A stretch of DNA of 64,000 nt from NCBI GenBank assembly GCA_947259195.1, contig CAMYLC010000098.1, positions 497-64,496 of the forward strand. Direction: 5' to 3'. The notes beneath the pieces are model-generated. The model was not told the origin of the DNA. It was given only the letters and a program-made list of their open reading frames with translations, and searched no databases. This stretch comes from Thermoanaerobaculia bacterium (GTDB lineage: Bacteria; Acidobacteriota; Thermoanaerobaculia; Multivoradales; JAHEKO01). Made by a program: the position numbers and the translations under genes. Of this stretch, positions 48,084 to 59,896 are shown piece after piece; positions within the stretch are counted from its first letter, which is position 1; every line of letters begins with the position of its first letter.

Positions 48084-50243
48084 CTACGACTCAAGAAAGA
48101 AGTATCGGGGGGAGGGGCCGACCTCGACGGTCGGGCTGGTGGCACCACCGAGGTGCTCGCCGTCGCGGCCGACGACTCTCCCGGCCGGGCGAGGGAGAGT
48201 GGCCTTGACAGTCCCGGAGGTACTCCAACCTACGATCACGTCGTCTCCCGAGTCAGGCTGAAAATGGTAGAGCCGCGCTGGCACCTCGGTCTTCAACGGA
48301 CCGAGGAAACTGCTCCCCGCCAGTTGCTCCTGGAGAGTAGCCAGGGCGTGAAAGGAGGGGCGCATTTGAAACGAGCTCTCTGCGTCGACGAAGGTCAGGC
48401 CATACCCCTTGGCTACCAGCCGCCACCAGTACACCCTCTCCACCAACCCGGTTCCCAGAACCAGGAGGCAGTAACGGACCAGGTAGTTGGCCTGGGCCTC
48501 TTCCTCGACCGATACGTCGCGACCGGCCGGAGAGTGGGGACCCTCCCACAGCGGCCAATTGAACTCGGTGACCCAGGCCTTCGGGCTGCTATTTCGACCA
48601 GTATCGGCCAGGGCCCTGAGTTGCACCGCCTTGTCGACGGTGTCGAAGCCCAGTTGTCGGCTCTCCGGCGCCCCACGCCGATCCACATACAACAGGCTCG
48701 AGACGATGTCGAAGTGCACGCCCTCCCAGGGGACGTTGAGTACCCCCGCCAAGCGATGAAACTCGTAGTCGATCACCGCCGGGCCCAGGATCCGTACCCC
48801 CTCGTGCCGTCGTAGGATACGGCTGGCATCGGCAACCAACTCCAGGTACTCGGCGTAGTTCCACACGCCCCACTTACTGCGGTTGATCGCCTGACCGACC
48901 TGGAAGTCCTTGCCAAAAGGAGTGAAGCGCTCGGCCAACTGGCTCACCGCGGCCTGCCATCGACCTCGATCCCGGACCAGATCCCGATTCTGAGGCAGAG
49001 CGAAGCCGAGCTCGATACCCCGCCCATAAAGCTCGCGCGCCAGGAGTTCCTCTGCGTCGTGAGCCTCCTGCCAGGGATGCAACCGCAGGAGAACCCGCTT
49101 CACTCCGAGCGCTTCGAGGGCCACCAGCGCTGCCTCGGGGTGCTTTGCCATCGGTCTCATTCCGACTCCGAGTCCATCCCATCGCACGGGTTCCCGGTAG
49201 AGCCCCTCTTTCAGCTCTCGATAGCGGCGCCGTGCCCTGGGCAGCGCTGTCAAGGCGGCACCATACTCTCGCGCGTGATGCCCGGCATCCCCCAGCCTCA
49301 CACCCAGGCGCTGCCAGCGGCCTGCGTGCTGATGGGGTTGGTCGGAGAGGTGATCCCAGACCACCAGGTCCCGCCTCGAAGCACCCTCTGGCGGGGGAGG
49401 GATGTGAGCATGGTGCCCTCTGGATACGAACAGCCACTTGACCCATCGAAAAGGGCTGCGCAGGGCATCTTTGATCCTGTTCTTGGCCAGGAAACCATGG
49501 AAGAAGAGTCGATAGAGCCCTCTCTTGAAGGGGGAGTCGGCATCTCCCTTTCCCCAATAGGAGCGCAGCAGCACCTCCTGAAGATGGAGGTCGAAGATTC
49601 GCAATCGGCACAGGTCCCGGGTCCGACGGCTTGTCGTCAGCGGTCGATCGAGCCGCGCTCGATTCAGATCGATCAGATAGACAGTCGGTGCATCCGACGC
49701 CTTGCTGCCCGCAACGACCAACAGATTGCCTACCGAAACATCCCGATGCCAGATGCCGGCATCGTGCAAACGACGCAGCATTCGGCCGACGCTGCCGACC
49801 AGGATCTCGGCCCTGATCTGTGGAAACGTCTGCCTCTCGTTGCCCTCCTGCAGGGCTCGGAAGAAATACCTCGCCTCGATGGAGTCCGGGATCTTCTCGC
49901 TGACGAAGAAGGAGGGGCCATTCGCGGCCTCCGACTCGATCAGCAGGACGGGTGCCGGCGTGGGTACCCCGGCGTCGACGACGGCCTGCGCCGCTCGCCA
50001 GGACTTTTTCGCCTTGCTGCCCTTCAGGCGTCGCGACAACCGAGCGCGAAAGCCCTGATTTCGGAACTGCTTGACGACTACAGCAATCGGGCCGGTGAGA
50101 GTCTCCAACTCGGAGGAGTACAGGTAGTTCCTCCCCCAGTGCAGCGTCTCACCGCCCCTGCCTGGATCGACCAACAACTCGATCGCATCGGACAGGTCGA
50201 CGGGGCGATGGGCCGCTGAGACCTCCCCGTGGAGCCCCGCCAA
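48084..50243 (-). CDS. fusion protein: N-terminal LPS-kinase (Kdo/WaaP/InaA)-like kinase domain + C-terminal clan-GH-A-like TIM-barrel domain
   Basis: The kinase part has GIWHRDVSVGNLLV (HRD loop) and YLIDLNRARL. The C-terminal part has VGQAINRSKWGVWN and AWVTEFNWP (TE nucleophile-type motif). Start proposed at TTG 50241-50243, preceded by GAGGG at 7 nt. The ORF's upstream 74 codons overlap rng. Confidence 0.65.
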   Translation of the reverse strand: MAGLHGEVSAAHRPVDLSDAIELLVDPGRGGETLHWGRNYLYSSELETLTGPIAVVVKQFRNQGFRARLSRRLKGSKAKKSWRAAQAVVDAGVPTPAPVLLIESEAANGPSFFVSEKIPDSIEARYFFRALQEGNERQTFPQIRAEILVGSVGRMLRRLHDAGIWHRDVSVGNLLVVAGSKASDAPTVYLIDLNRARLDRPLTTSRRTRDLCRLRIFDLHLQEVLLRSYWGKGDADSPFKRGLYRLFFHGFLAKNRIKDALRSPFRWVKWLFVSRGHHAHIPPPPEGASRRDLVVWDHLSDQPHQHAGRWQRLGVRLGDAGHHAREYGAALTALPRARRRYRELKEGLYREPVRWDGLGVGMRPMAKHPEAALVALEALGVKRVLLRLHPWQEAHDAEELLARELYGRGIELGFALPQNRDLVRDRGRWQAAVSQLAERFTPFGKDFQVGQAINRSKWGVWNYAEYLELVADASRILRRHEGVRILGPAVIDYEFHRLAGVLNVPWEGVHFDIVSSLLYVDRRGAPESRQLGFDTVDKAVQLRALADTGRNSSPKAWVTEFNWPLWEGPHSPAGRDVSVEEEAQANYLVRYCLLVLGTGLVERVYWWRLVAKGYGLTFVDAESSFQMRPSFHALATLQEQLAGSSFLGPLKTEVPARLYHFQPDSGDDVIVGWSTSGTVKATLPRPAGRVVGRDGEHLGGATSPTVEVGPSPRYFFLES

Positions 50244-50301
50244 CGAAAAGCCCTCGAAGCTCCTCTCCTGGCCTGCAGCTTCGTCTGCCGGTGACGTTCC
50301 G

Positions 50302-51786
50302 CTACCCGCCAAGGATCTCGTACTCCTCGGCGCGCAGACCGGTATCGGCTTCGACTCGTATACGGGTCCCGAGGCGCTCCTCGAGCTCGACGAGAATCGC
50401 GCGCTGCTCGCCTTCGAGAGAGGTCGAGACCTCGGGTCTGACCCGGAGCCGCAGGGGACGGCCACCCAGTTCGGCGATTCTCTCCAACACCTTCCGGCGG
50501 AGCTCGAGCAGCACCGTGATCTCGCTTTTCACCCTCCCGAGGCCCCGGCAGGTGGGACAGGGCCGGGTCAACTGGCTCACCAGATCGCCGCGGCTCCGCT
50601 TGCGGGTGATCTGGACCAGCCCGAAGTCGGACAGACCCCCGATGCGGATACGCGCCCGGTCGTTGGCCAGCTCAGCCTCGAGCGCCGCCATGACCTGGGC
50701 CTGGTGATCGGGATTCTCCATGTCGATGAAATCGGCGACCACGATGCCGCCCAGATCCCGAAGTCGAAGTTGCCGGGCAATCTCCCGGGTCGCCTCCAGG
50801 TTGGTCTTCAGAGCCGTCTCCTTCAGATCCACTTCACCGACGTAGCGGCCCGTGTTGACGTCGATGGCCACCAGGGCCTCCGTCGGGCTCACCACGAGAT
50901 AGCCCCCCGACGGCAGCCACACCCTGCTACCCAGAGCTCTCTCCAGCTCTGACTCCACACCAAAGCGCTCGAACAAGGTGCCCTCGGGAACATGCAGCTG
51001 GACCTTGCCGACAAGTTCGGGGGCCACCTGCCTCAGATAGCCCACTACCTGCTCATAGATCTCGGCCCCGCTGAGCCATAGGATCTCGAAGCTCTCATCG
51101 AAGAAATCCCGTACCGCTCTCATCGGAAGCTCGACGTCACGGTGTAGAAGAGCCGGTGCCTTGACCCGTTGGGAGCGCTCGTCGATCTCGTTCCATAGTT
51201 GGGCAAGGCGCCCCAAGTCCGCTTCGAGAGCGCTCGGGTCGGAGCCTTCTGCTACCGTCCGGACAATCAGACCCATTCTGGGAGGACGGATCTCAGCCAG
51301 CAGGTCTTCCAGGCGCTGGCGCTCCTCGCTGTCCTCGATGCGGCGCGAGATGCCGAGATCCGTACTGGCAGGAAGCAACACCAGATAGCGACCGGCCAGG
51401 GTGATGAAGGTGGTGATCCGCGCCCCCTTGTTGGGTAGCGGCTCCTTGACCACCTGCACCAGAACCTCCTGTCCCTCGGCGATCAGCTGGTTGATAGACC
51501 GACTCAAGACCCCTTCCTCGACGTCCTGCTCGAGCTCGGCCTCCTCGACTCCCTGCAACTGGTCCTGGATATCTCCGGCGTAGAGAAAGGCATCCCTTTC
51601 CAGACCGATGTCGACGAAGGCAGCCTCGATGCCAGGCAAGACGCGAGTCACTCGGCCCTTGAAGACCGCTCCGACCAGTCTCTCTTCGCGACGCCGCTCG
51701 ATGCGAACCTCCATCAAACGCCCGTCCTCCAGAACAGAAATCCGGCTCTGATGGGCGTCACTTTCGATGAGCAGTTGATGGCTCAC
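50302..51786 (-). CDS. rng: ribonuclease G (RNase E/G family)
   Basis: S1 domain GAVFKGRVTRVLPGIEAAFVDIG, catalytic core IDVNTG, 494 aa (RNase G size). Lies downstream of rodA, as in many genomes. Confidence 0.9.
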   Translation of the reverse strand: MSHQLLIESDAHQSRISVLEDGRLMEVRIERRREERLVGAVFKGRVTRVLPGIEAAFVDIGLERDAFLYAGDIQDQLQGVEEAELEQDVEEGVLSRSINQLIAEGQEVLVQVVKEPLPNKGARITTFITLAGRYLVLLPASTDLGISRRIEDSEERQRLEDLLAEIRPPRMGLIVRTVAEGSDPSALEADLGRLAQLWNEIDERSQRVKAPALLHRDVELPMRAVRDFFDESFEILWLSGAEIYEQVVGYLRQVAPELVGKVQLHVPEGTLFERFGVESELERALGSRVWLPSGGYLVVSPTEALVAIDVNTGRYVGEVDLKETALKTNLEATREIARQLRLRDLGGIVVADFIDMENPDHQAQVMAALEAELANDRARIRIGGLSDFGLVQITRKRSRGDLVSQLTRPCPTCRGLGRVKSEITVLLELRRKVLERIAELGGRPLRLRVRPEVSTSLEGEQRAILVELEERLGTRIRVEADTGLRAEEYEILGG

Positions 51787-51792
51787 GGGGTA

Positions 51793-52935
51793 CTACCGAT
51801 TCACGTGTCGCCTGAAGTCTACTCCCAGGATGAGACCTGCGGCGATGAAGTTGGCCAGGGTGAAGGAACCGCCATAGGACAAGAACGGCAGGGGAATGCC
51901 GGTGATCGGCACCAGGCCGACCACCATGGCCGTGTTGTAGAGAACGTGGAATGCGAACCCCGACAAGAGTCCGACGATCAACAGGATACCGACGCGGTCA
52001 CGGGCGCGTAGGGCTACCTTCGTCCCATTGAGAATGTAAAAGGCGTAGAGCAGCAACACCGCAGCCACTCCGATGAATCCCCATTCTTCAGCCAGCACCG
52101 CAAAGATGAAGTCGGTGTGGCGCGCGGGAAGGAAGCGCAATTGACTCTGGGTGCCCTGCTGATAGCCCCGGCCGTAGAGCTGGCCGGAACCGACGGCGAT
52201 CTTGCTCTGACGTAGTTGATAGCCGCTACCCTGGGGGTCACTGCCTGGCGAGATGAAGGTCCGCACCCGGTCTTTTTGATAGTCGAGCATGACCAGATTC
52301 CATCCGACCGCCGCCAGGACGAGTGCGACTGCGGCGCCGACAGCAAAATACCTCCACGGCACACCTGCCACTACCAACATGCCAGCCAACATGGGCACGA
52401 ACATCGCCGCTCCACCGAGGTCCGACTCGAGAGCCACGAGCACCATGGGCAGGGCAACCATGGACGAGGCGGCCATGATCTGCCCGAAGCTCAAGAACCG
52501 TCGATTGATCCCCGCCAGGTAGCGAGCCAACAGCAGCGCAGTGGCGATCTTGGCAAACTCTGAGGGTTGCAGACGGTAGGCACCGACACCCAACCAGCTG
52601 CGCGCCCCACCCGCCTCCTTGCCCACCAGGAGGACCAGCAACAGCAGCAGCATCGCGACTGTATAGATCGGCAGAGAGAACTTCGTCAGGAACTGATAGT
52701 CCAGGGTAAAGGCCACGACGAAGACCAGCAGGCCCAATCCCAGCCAAACGGCTTGGCGCGGCAGGTAGTCGATCGACAGCTCGGAGCTGGCGCTGTGAAC
52801 CGTCACCAGGCCAATTAGCGAGATCAGCAGAGCCGAGATCAACAGAGCCCACCGGACGGTGGCCAGCTGCCTCAGAAACGGCCGCTCGTCAGGAAGACTG
52901 GCCGTCGTCGAGATAGTCCCGGAAGTAGATCTCAT
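51793..52935 (-). CDS. rodA: rod shape-determining SEDS protein RodA
   Basis: Start taken at ATG 52933-52935 (47-nt overlap with mrdA). 10 TM helices, with SEFAKIA and PLPFLSYGGS motifs. The upstream part of the 447-aa ORF is junk. Confidence 0.9.
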   Translation of the reverse strand: MRSTSGTISTTASLPDERPFLRQLATVRWALLISALLISLIGLVTVHSASSELSIDYLPRQAVWLGLGLLVFVVAFTLDYQFLTKFSLPIYTVAMLLLLLVLLVGKEAGGARSWLGVGAYRLQPSEFAKIATALLLARYLAGINRRFLSFGQIMAASSMVALPMVLVALESDLGGAAMFVPMLAGMLVVAGVPWRYFAVGAAVALVLAAVGWNLVMLDYQKDRVRTFISPGSDPQGSGYQLRQSKIAVGSGQLYGRGYQQGTQSQLRFLPARHTDFIFAVLAEEWGFIGVAAVLLLYAFYILNGTKVALRARDRVGILLIVGLLSGFAFHVLYNTAMVVGLVPITGIPLPFLSYGGSFTLANFIAAGLILGVDFRRHVNR

Positions 52936-54679
52936 AGAGCCGTTTCGCCAATGGTGCCGCTGATGTGGAGCCGTGCCCACCGTGCTCCACCAATACGACC
53001 ACAACCAACTGTTTGTCTCCGGCTGTCGCGTAGGAGGCGAACCAGCCGTGGTCCCTTTGCTCGTAGGGCAGGTCTTCGCTCTTGATCCAGGTCTTCTGCT
53101 GCACGACTTGGACCGTGCCGGTCTTGCCCGCCACATCGATTCCCGGCACCCGGGCCGCCGATCCCGTACCCCGCTGGTCGTTGACTACCGACCACAAGGC
53201 CGCCCCGATGCGCTCGAAGACCCAGGGCTCCACCGTTAGCTGCTCTTTCTCGACAGATGGAGACTCCACGACTTGTGGTCTCACCTGGTAGCCACTGTTG
53301 GCGACCGCCGCCATTAGCGAGGCGATCTGCAGCGGTGTCACCAGAATTGGCCCCTGTCCTATGGCCACCGAGATGGTCTCGCCCGGATACCAGGGTGTGC
53401 CTCGCCGTCGGGCGCTCCACTCGGGATCGGGCACCAGGCCCTCGCGTTCACCGAGCAGGTCGATGCCGGTCGGGCGTCCGAGACCCAGCTGTCGGGAGTA
53501 CTTGGCGATGCGCTCGATACCGAGCTCCTGGCCCAGGTGGTAGAAGTAGACGTCGCAGGATTCCTTGATGGCCCGATGCAACGAAATGTGGCCGTGGCCC
53601 GCCTGTTTCCAGCACCGCCAGCGACGATTGTAGATCCTCGTCGAGCCGCCACACCAGACCGTCTGCTTCGGGTCTGTGACACCCTCGCTGAGGCCGGCTG
53701 CTGCCATCACGATCTTGAACACCGACCCCGGGGAATAGGTGTTCTGGATGACGCGATTCTGTAGCGGATCCTCGGGCGCCTCGATCAAATTGCGCCAGGC
53801 ATCTCGGTCCAACCGTCGGGAGAAGATGTTGGGGTTGTAGGAGGGGGCCGAGACCATCGCCCGGATCTCCCCCGTCGCCGGGTCGAGTGCCACCGCTGCT
53901 CCCGCCTTGCCTTCGAGGTAGCGAGCCGCCTCCTGTTGCAGTTCGAGATCCAGGCCGAGATTCAGGCTTTGACCCGACTGCGCTGGATCTCGCCCGTACT
54001 CCTCCTTGAATCGACCCCGGGAGTCCACGATGACGGCGCGTTGGCCATCGACGCCCCGCAGCCTGTCGTCGAAAGCCAGCTCGACACCCTTACGGCCGAT
54101 CAGATCACCCGGCTTGAGGAGGTTAACCTCGCTCGCCAGCTCGCGCTCGTTGACCTCGCCGAGGTAGCCGAGCGTGTGAGCGGTAATCGGTCCGTTTCGA
54201 TACAGGCGCAGATGACCGACCTCGATCGCGAACTCCGGGAACTCCAGAGCCGCCGCCTCGATTGCCGCCACCTCGGAAAGTGACAGGGCTTCAGCGATCA
54301 GGATGGGACGGAAGGAACCGGCGCCACCACCTTCGTCGAGAGCCTGCCTGAGCTCGGTCGCCGGCTGGTTCAGGCAGTGCTCGGCGAAGCTCAGAGCCTT
54401 TTCTAGATCCTGGCTGCGAGAGGGATCGAGCTTCAAGTTGTACGAAGGCACGTTCTCCGCCAACAGCCGACCCTGCCGCCCATAGATCAACCCCCGAGGA
54501 GCCTTCAATGGCAGCTCCCTTACCCTGTTGTTCTCGGCGAGCTCCAGATAGTAGTCGCCGGAAACCACCTGCACGAACCAGAAGCGGGCGGCGATCAGAA
54601 GGAAGAGGCCGAAGAGCACCAGCTGCAGCCTCGGCAGCCGCTGTAGAAGATCCTCCTTGTGCTCACGAACCTGTCTCAT
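52889..54679 (-). CDS. mrdA: penicillin-binding protein 2 (elongasome transpeptidase)
   Basis: N-terminal anchor, SxxK (PGSVFK), SxD (ESCDVY) and KTGT (VAGKTGTVQ). Confidence 0.95.
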   Translation of the reverse strand: MRQVREHKEDLLQRLPRLQLVLFGLFLLIAARFWFVQVVSGDYYLELAENNRVRELPLKAPRGLIYGRQGRLLAENVPSYNLKLDPSRSQDLEKALSFAEHCLNQPATELRQALDEGGGAGSFRPILIAEALSLSEVAAIEAAALEFPEFAIEVGHLRLYRNGPITAHTLGYLGEVNERELASEVNLLKPGDLIGRKGVELAFDDRLRGVDGQRAVIVDSRGRFKEEYGRDPAQSGQSLNLGLDLELQQEAARYLEGKAGAAVALDPATGEIRAMVSAPSYNPNIFSRRLDRDAWRNLIEAPEDPLQNRVIQNTYSPGSVFKIVMAAAGLSEGVTDPKQTVWCGGSTRIYNRRWRCWKQAGHGHISLHRAIKESCDVYFYHLGQELGIERIAKYSRQLGLGRPTGIDLLGEREGLVPDPEWSARRRGTPWYPGETISVAIGQGPILVTPLQIASLMAAVANSGYQVRPQVVESPSVEKEQLTVEPWVFERIGAALWSVVNDQRGTGSAARVPGIDVAGKTGTVQVVQQKTWIKSEDLPYEQRDHGWFASYATAGDKQLVVVVLVEHGGHGSTSAAPLAKRLYEIYFRDYLDDGQSS

Positions 54680-54694
54680 GACGTCAGGTGCTCC

Positions 54695-55199
54695 TCATCC
54701 TTCGAAACGGATTCTGGTCTTGCGCGTCCGGCGCCACATCTCGACTCGCGAGCGCATCCGTCGATTCGCCAGGTACAGTACACCTCCCAGCACTCCCGTC
54801 GTGCCGACCTTTACCAGTATCCAAGAATACTGTGGTAGCTCGGCGTCCGCGACAAACAACAGCGATATGCCAAGCAGGATCAACTGCTGGGCTGCCGCAG
54901 CGACCGCGAAAACCAACAGCGAGCTGGCGGGGCGCTGAATCACCAGACGCTGGGCCGTAATCGCGGTGCCGTATCCGACGACCGTGTTGGCGATGCCAAA
55001 GAGACCAAAATAGCCCCCTGTCAGACCGTCCGTGACCAGCCCCGCCACCGTGCCGCCAAACATACCGGCTGCACTGTTGCCATCCATGGCGTTGAAGACG
55101 ACGATGACGAGGAACAAATCCACGGTCAGGAAGAACTGTGGAAAGAGGCTGACTCCCGCTACTTGCAGCAGCGTCGCCACCGCCAGCGCCATGGCGAAC

Positions 55200-55213
<14 letters not shown>
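54695..55213 (-). CDS. mreD: rod shape-determining protein MreD
   Basis: Start taken at ATG 55211-55213 (MRSLRFAMALAV...). 172 aa with 5 TM helices, positioned between mreC and mrdA. Confidence 0.8.
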
Positions 55214-57103
<1,890 letters not shown>

Positions 57104-57238
57104 TTACGTCGAACGAGCGAATATAGCATAAGGCATTCCAGCTTTTGGAGTTGTGGCTGCTGCAACTATCTTGCCCGGACCCCTGTCGCCTGCTAGAGTT
57201 CGGAATTCTTCGCGACCTGCGAAGAAAAGGGGTCTTCT

Positions 57239-59191
57239 ATGCTCAAAGTGTTTCGTGACAATCTGAAGTATCTGAGTTGGGTTCTGTGGCTCGTCATCGT
57301 CGTCTTCGTGCTCTTCGTATTCGTGGACTTCGGTGCCACGGTGCCCACGGGTAGCACCATTCCGACCGATGCGGCCGCCACCGTCGGGAACATCGACATC
57401 ACCTATGGCGAATTCGAACGCTCCTACCGCCAGGCGGAGGATGTCTACCGCCAAGCCTACGGTGACCAGTTCAATCGCGAGTTGGCCCAGCAAATGGGGC
57501 TTCCCATGCAGGTGCTCGACAGCCTCGTAGCCGACAAGATCTTGCTTCAGGAAGCCGATCGAATGGGCCTGAGGGCGACCGACGAAGAGGTCCGGCAGGC
57601 AATCCTCGAGTTCCCGGCCTTCCAGGCCACTACCGGAGGCTTCGTCGGCGAGGAGCGGTACCGTCAGATCCTGCGCTCCAGCGGCTATACCGTGGACAGC
57701 TTCGAGCAGATGATCCGCTCGCAGTTGCTTGGCCAGATGGTGCGGGACGTGCTGTCGGCCAACCTCTTCGTCTCAGACCAGGATGTGCTGGCCTCCTACA
57801 AGGACCAAATCGAGCAGGCCAAGATCCGCTTTGTCCAGCTGCCCTCCTCGAGCATGGCCAGCGAGGTGATCGCCTCTCCCGAAGAGATCGCGGTCTACTT
57901 CGATAAGCACAAGGAGGATCTGAGGATTCCCGAACGGCGGGTCGTCGACTATCTCCTACTGGACCAAAATGCTTTACGAGCCACAATCGAGCTGACCGAC
58001 GAAGAGATCTTCGACTACTACGAAGCCAACCCAGAGGAGTTCACCCAGGAGGAACAGGTTCGTGCACGACACATCCTCTTGCAGGTTGGCAGTGACCGCA
58101 CCGAGGAACAGGCGGAAGATCAGATGGTGGCCATCCGAGATCGCCTTGCCGGCGGCGAGGACTTTGCCACCCTCGCCACCGAGTTTTCGGACGACCCGGG
58201 CAGCAAGGCACAGGGTGGCGACCTGGGCTTTTTCGGGCGCGGGCAGATGATCGGCGAATTCGAAGATGCCGCCTTCACCGCCCAACCCGGTGAGGTGGTC
58301 GGACCGGTCAAGACGAACTTCGGCTATCACCTGATCCTGGTCGAAGAGAGACGCGATGCCGGTCGGTCGAGCTTTGCCGACACCCAGGAGCAGATTCGCA
58401 GCCGGCTGCTCAACCAGCGCGTCCAGGACCTCGCCGCATCCACGGCCAGCGATCTGGCCGAGCGCATCGACAAAGAAGAGCTCACCACCCGGGAGGCGCT
58501 GCAACAGCTGGCCGAGACCGAAACGGGCGTGACCTTCCTCACCACCCCCACCTTCGGCCGCGAAGACAACGTGCCAGGGATTGGACGCGGGACCGGTTTC
58601 TCGGTGACCGCCTTCGAGCTGAACCAGGACGAGGTCTCCGAACCTGTGCAGGCGGCGGCGGGGTGGGTCATCCTACGTCTGGCCGAGGTCCAGGAACCCC
58701 GCCTTCCGGAGCTCGACGAGGTCCGCGACGAGGTAGGCAGCTTGGTACGCCAGGAAAAGCAGTTGCAGATGGCGACCGAGCGAATGGTAGAGGCCCGTCA
58801 GAAGCTCGACGCTGGAACCAGCCTGGATGAGGTGGCCGAAGAGTTGGGGTTGGCAGTCCGCGAGAGTGGCCAGTTCGGACGCGGTGGCTCGATCGCCGGC
58901 CTGGGCAGCAACCCGGATGTGGCCTCCGCAGCTCTGGCCCTGGATGTGGGCAGTTTTGCCGGTCCCCTGACTCACCAGAATCAGGTCCTGCTCCTCGAGG
59001 TCGTCGAGCGCCAGCGCTTCGACCCCCAGGAGTTCGAGATCCAGAAACAAGGAGCCCGAGAGACAGTGCGCTCCGAGATGCTGAACGAATTGCTGGCCTC
59101 TCTCGTGACCCAACGGCGCGAGGAGATGGGTGTGACCTACGACGAGCAACTGCTCCGCAACTGGGAACTGGTTCCCGGTATCGAGGGCTGA
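57239..59191 (+). CDS. ppiD: PpiD/SurA-like periplasmic chaperone with parvulin PPIase domain
   Basis: N-terminal TM anchor and the parvulin core ARHILLQV...GGDLGFFGRGQMIGEFEDAAF...NFGYHLILVEE. 650 aa. Confidence 0.85.
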   Translation: MLKVFRDNLKYLSWVLWLVIVVFVLFVFVDFGATVPTGSTIPTDAAATVGNIDITYGEFERSYRQAEDVYRQAYGDQFNRELAQQMGLPMQVLDSLVADKILLQEADRMGLRATDEEVRQAILEFPAFQATTGGFVGEERYRQILRSSGYTVDSFEQMIRSQLLGQMVRDVLSANLFVSDQDVLASYKDQIEQAKIRFVQLPSSSMASEVIASPEEIAVYFDKHKEDLRIPERRVVDYLLLDQNALRATIELTDEEIFDYYEANPEEFTQEEQVRARHILLQVGSDRTEEQAEDQMVAIRDRLAGGEDFATLATEFSDDPGSKAQGGDLGFFGRGQMIGEFEDAAFTAQPGEVVGPVKTNFGYHLILVEERRDAGRSSFADTQEQIRSRLLNQRVQDLAASTASDLAERIDKEELTTREALQQLAETETGVTFLTTPTFGREDNVPGIGRGTGFSVTAFELNQDEVSEPVQAAAGWVILRLAEVQEPRLPELDEVRDEVGSLVRQEKQLQMATERMVEARQKLDAGTSLDEVAEELGLAVRESGQFGRGGSIAGLGSNPDVASAALALDVGSFAGPLTHQNQVLLLEVVERQRFDPQEFEIQKQGARETVRSEMLNELLASLVTQRREEMGVTYDEQLLRNWELVPGIEG

Positions 59192-59212
59192 CACCTGATG
59201 GCTAGGACTCCT

Positions 59213-59245
59213 TACACCCCTAAGCCCCTACGCCCCTAAGCCCCC
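59213..59245 (-). repeat. four tandem octamers (GGGGYKTA on the minus strand), a canonical G4-N4-G4-N4-G4-N4-G4 quadruplex motif, 4 nt upstream of the ruvA ATG
   Basis: The plus strand reads TACACCCC TAAGCCCC TACGCCCC TAAGCCCC C. C-runs at 59217-20, 59225-28, 59233-36 and 59241-45. Confidence 0.6.
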
Positions 59246-59248
59246 AAA

Positions 59249-59845
59249 ATGATCGGCTTCCTTCACGGCAAGGTTCGGCGCTCGACCCCGGAGCGGATGA
59301 TCCTGGACGTGGGGGGGGTCGGCTACGACGTCCACATTCCGCTCTCTACTTATTACGAGATCGAGAAGCTCGGCGCCGATTCGGCGGTTGGCTTGTTCAT
59401 CCACACTCATGTCCGTGAAGATGCCATCGAGCTTTTCGGCTTCTGGAGCGAGCGGGAGAAGCTGCTGTTCGAGAAGCTGATCGCGGTCAGCGGCATCGGT
59501 CCCCGCCTCGCACGCGTCATTCTCTCGGGCATGGCACCCGACGAATTGCTCGCCTCCCTGGCGGCGGGAGACACCGCACGGTTGGCGACAATTCCCGGCA
59601 TTGGCAAGAAGACCGCCCAACGGATGATCGTGGATCTCAAGGACCGAGTTCAGGAACTGGCTGCCGAGCTGCCGGAAATCGCGGCCACGGCACCGCTCGG
59701 GGAGGATCTCGTCCTGGCGCTAGTGAACCTGGGCTATCGCGAGGGCGAAGCCCAGCGGGCCGTGGCGCAGGCGAGAAGCGAGCTACCCGACGCCGAGTCT
59801 CCCGAGCTACTGCGCGCCAGCCTGCAAAAGCTGTCTCGCGTCTAA
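59249..59845 (+). CDS. ruvA: Holliday junction DNA helicase subunit RuvA
   Basis: MIGFLHGKV..., HhH motifs (LIAVSGIGPRLA and LATIPGIGKKTAQRM), and the C-terminal domain III. Confidence 0.95.
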   Translation: MIGFLHGKVRRSTPERMILDVGGVGYDVHIPLSTYYEIEKLGADSAVGLFIHTHVREDAIELFGFWSEREKLLFEKLIAVSGIGPRLARVILSGMAPDELLASLAAGDTARLATIPGIGKKTAQRMIVDLKDRVQELAAELPEIAATAPLGEDLVLALVNLGYREGEAQRAVAQARSELPDAESPELLRASLQKLSRV

Positions 59846-59896
59846 CGCCTCTTCTCCTTTTCGCGCCCTCACGCCCGGGGCGGCTACAATGGCACC

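Noticed and set aside
57206-57226. 8-bp hairpin TTCTTCGC-gacct-GCGAAGAA immediately upstream of the ppiD-like SD (AAGGGG).
   Set aside because: Small and isolated, with no recognisable riboswitch or attenuator context. Noted only as a possible 5'-UTR structure.
59213-59245. The octamer arrays at 59.2 kb and 47.8 kb considered as a CRISPR array or mobile-element end.
   Set aside because: The units are 8 nt with no spacers and no cas or transposase genes nearby. This is a simple tandem micro-repeat, not a CRISPR array or an inverted terminal repeat.
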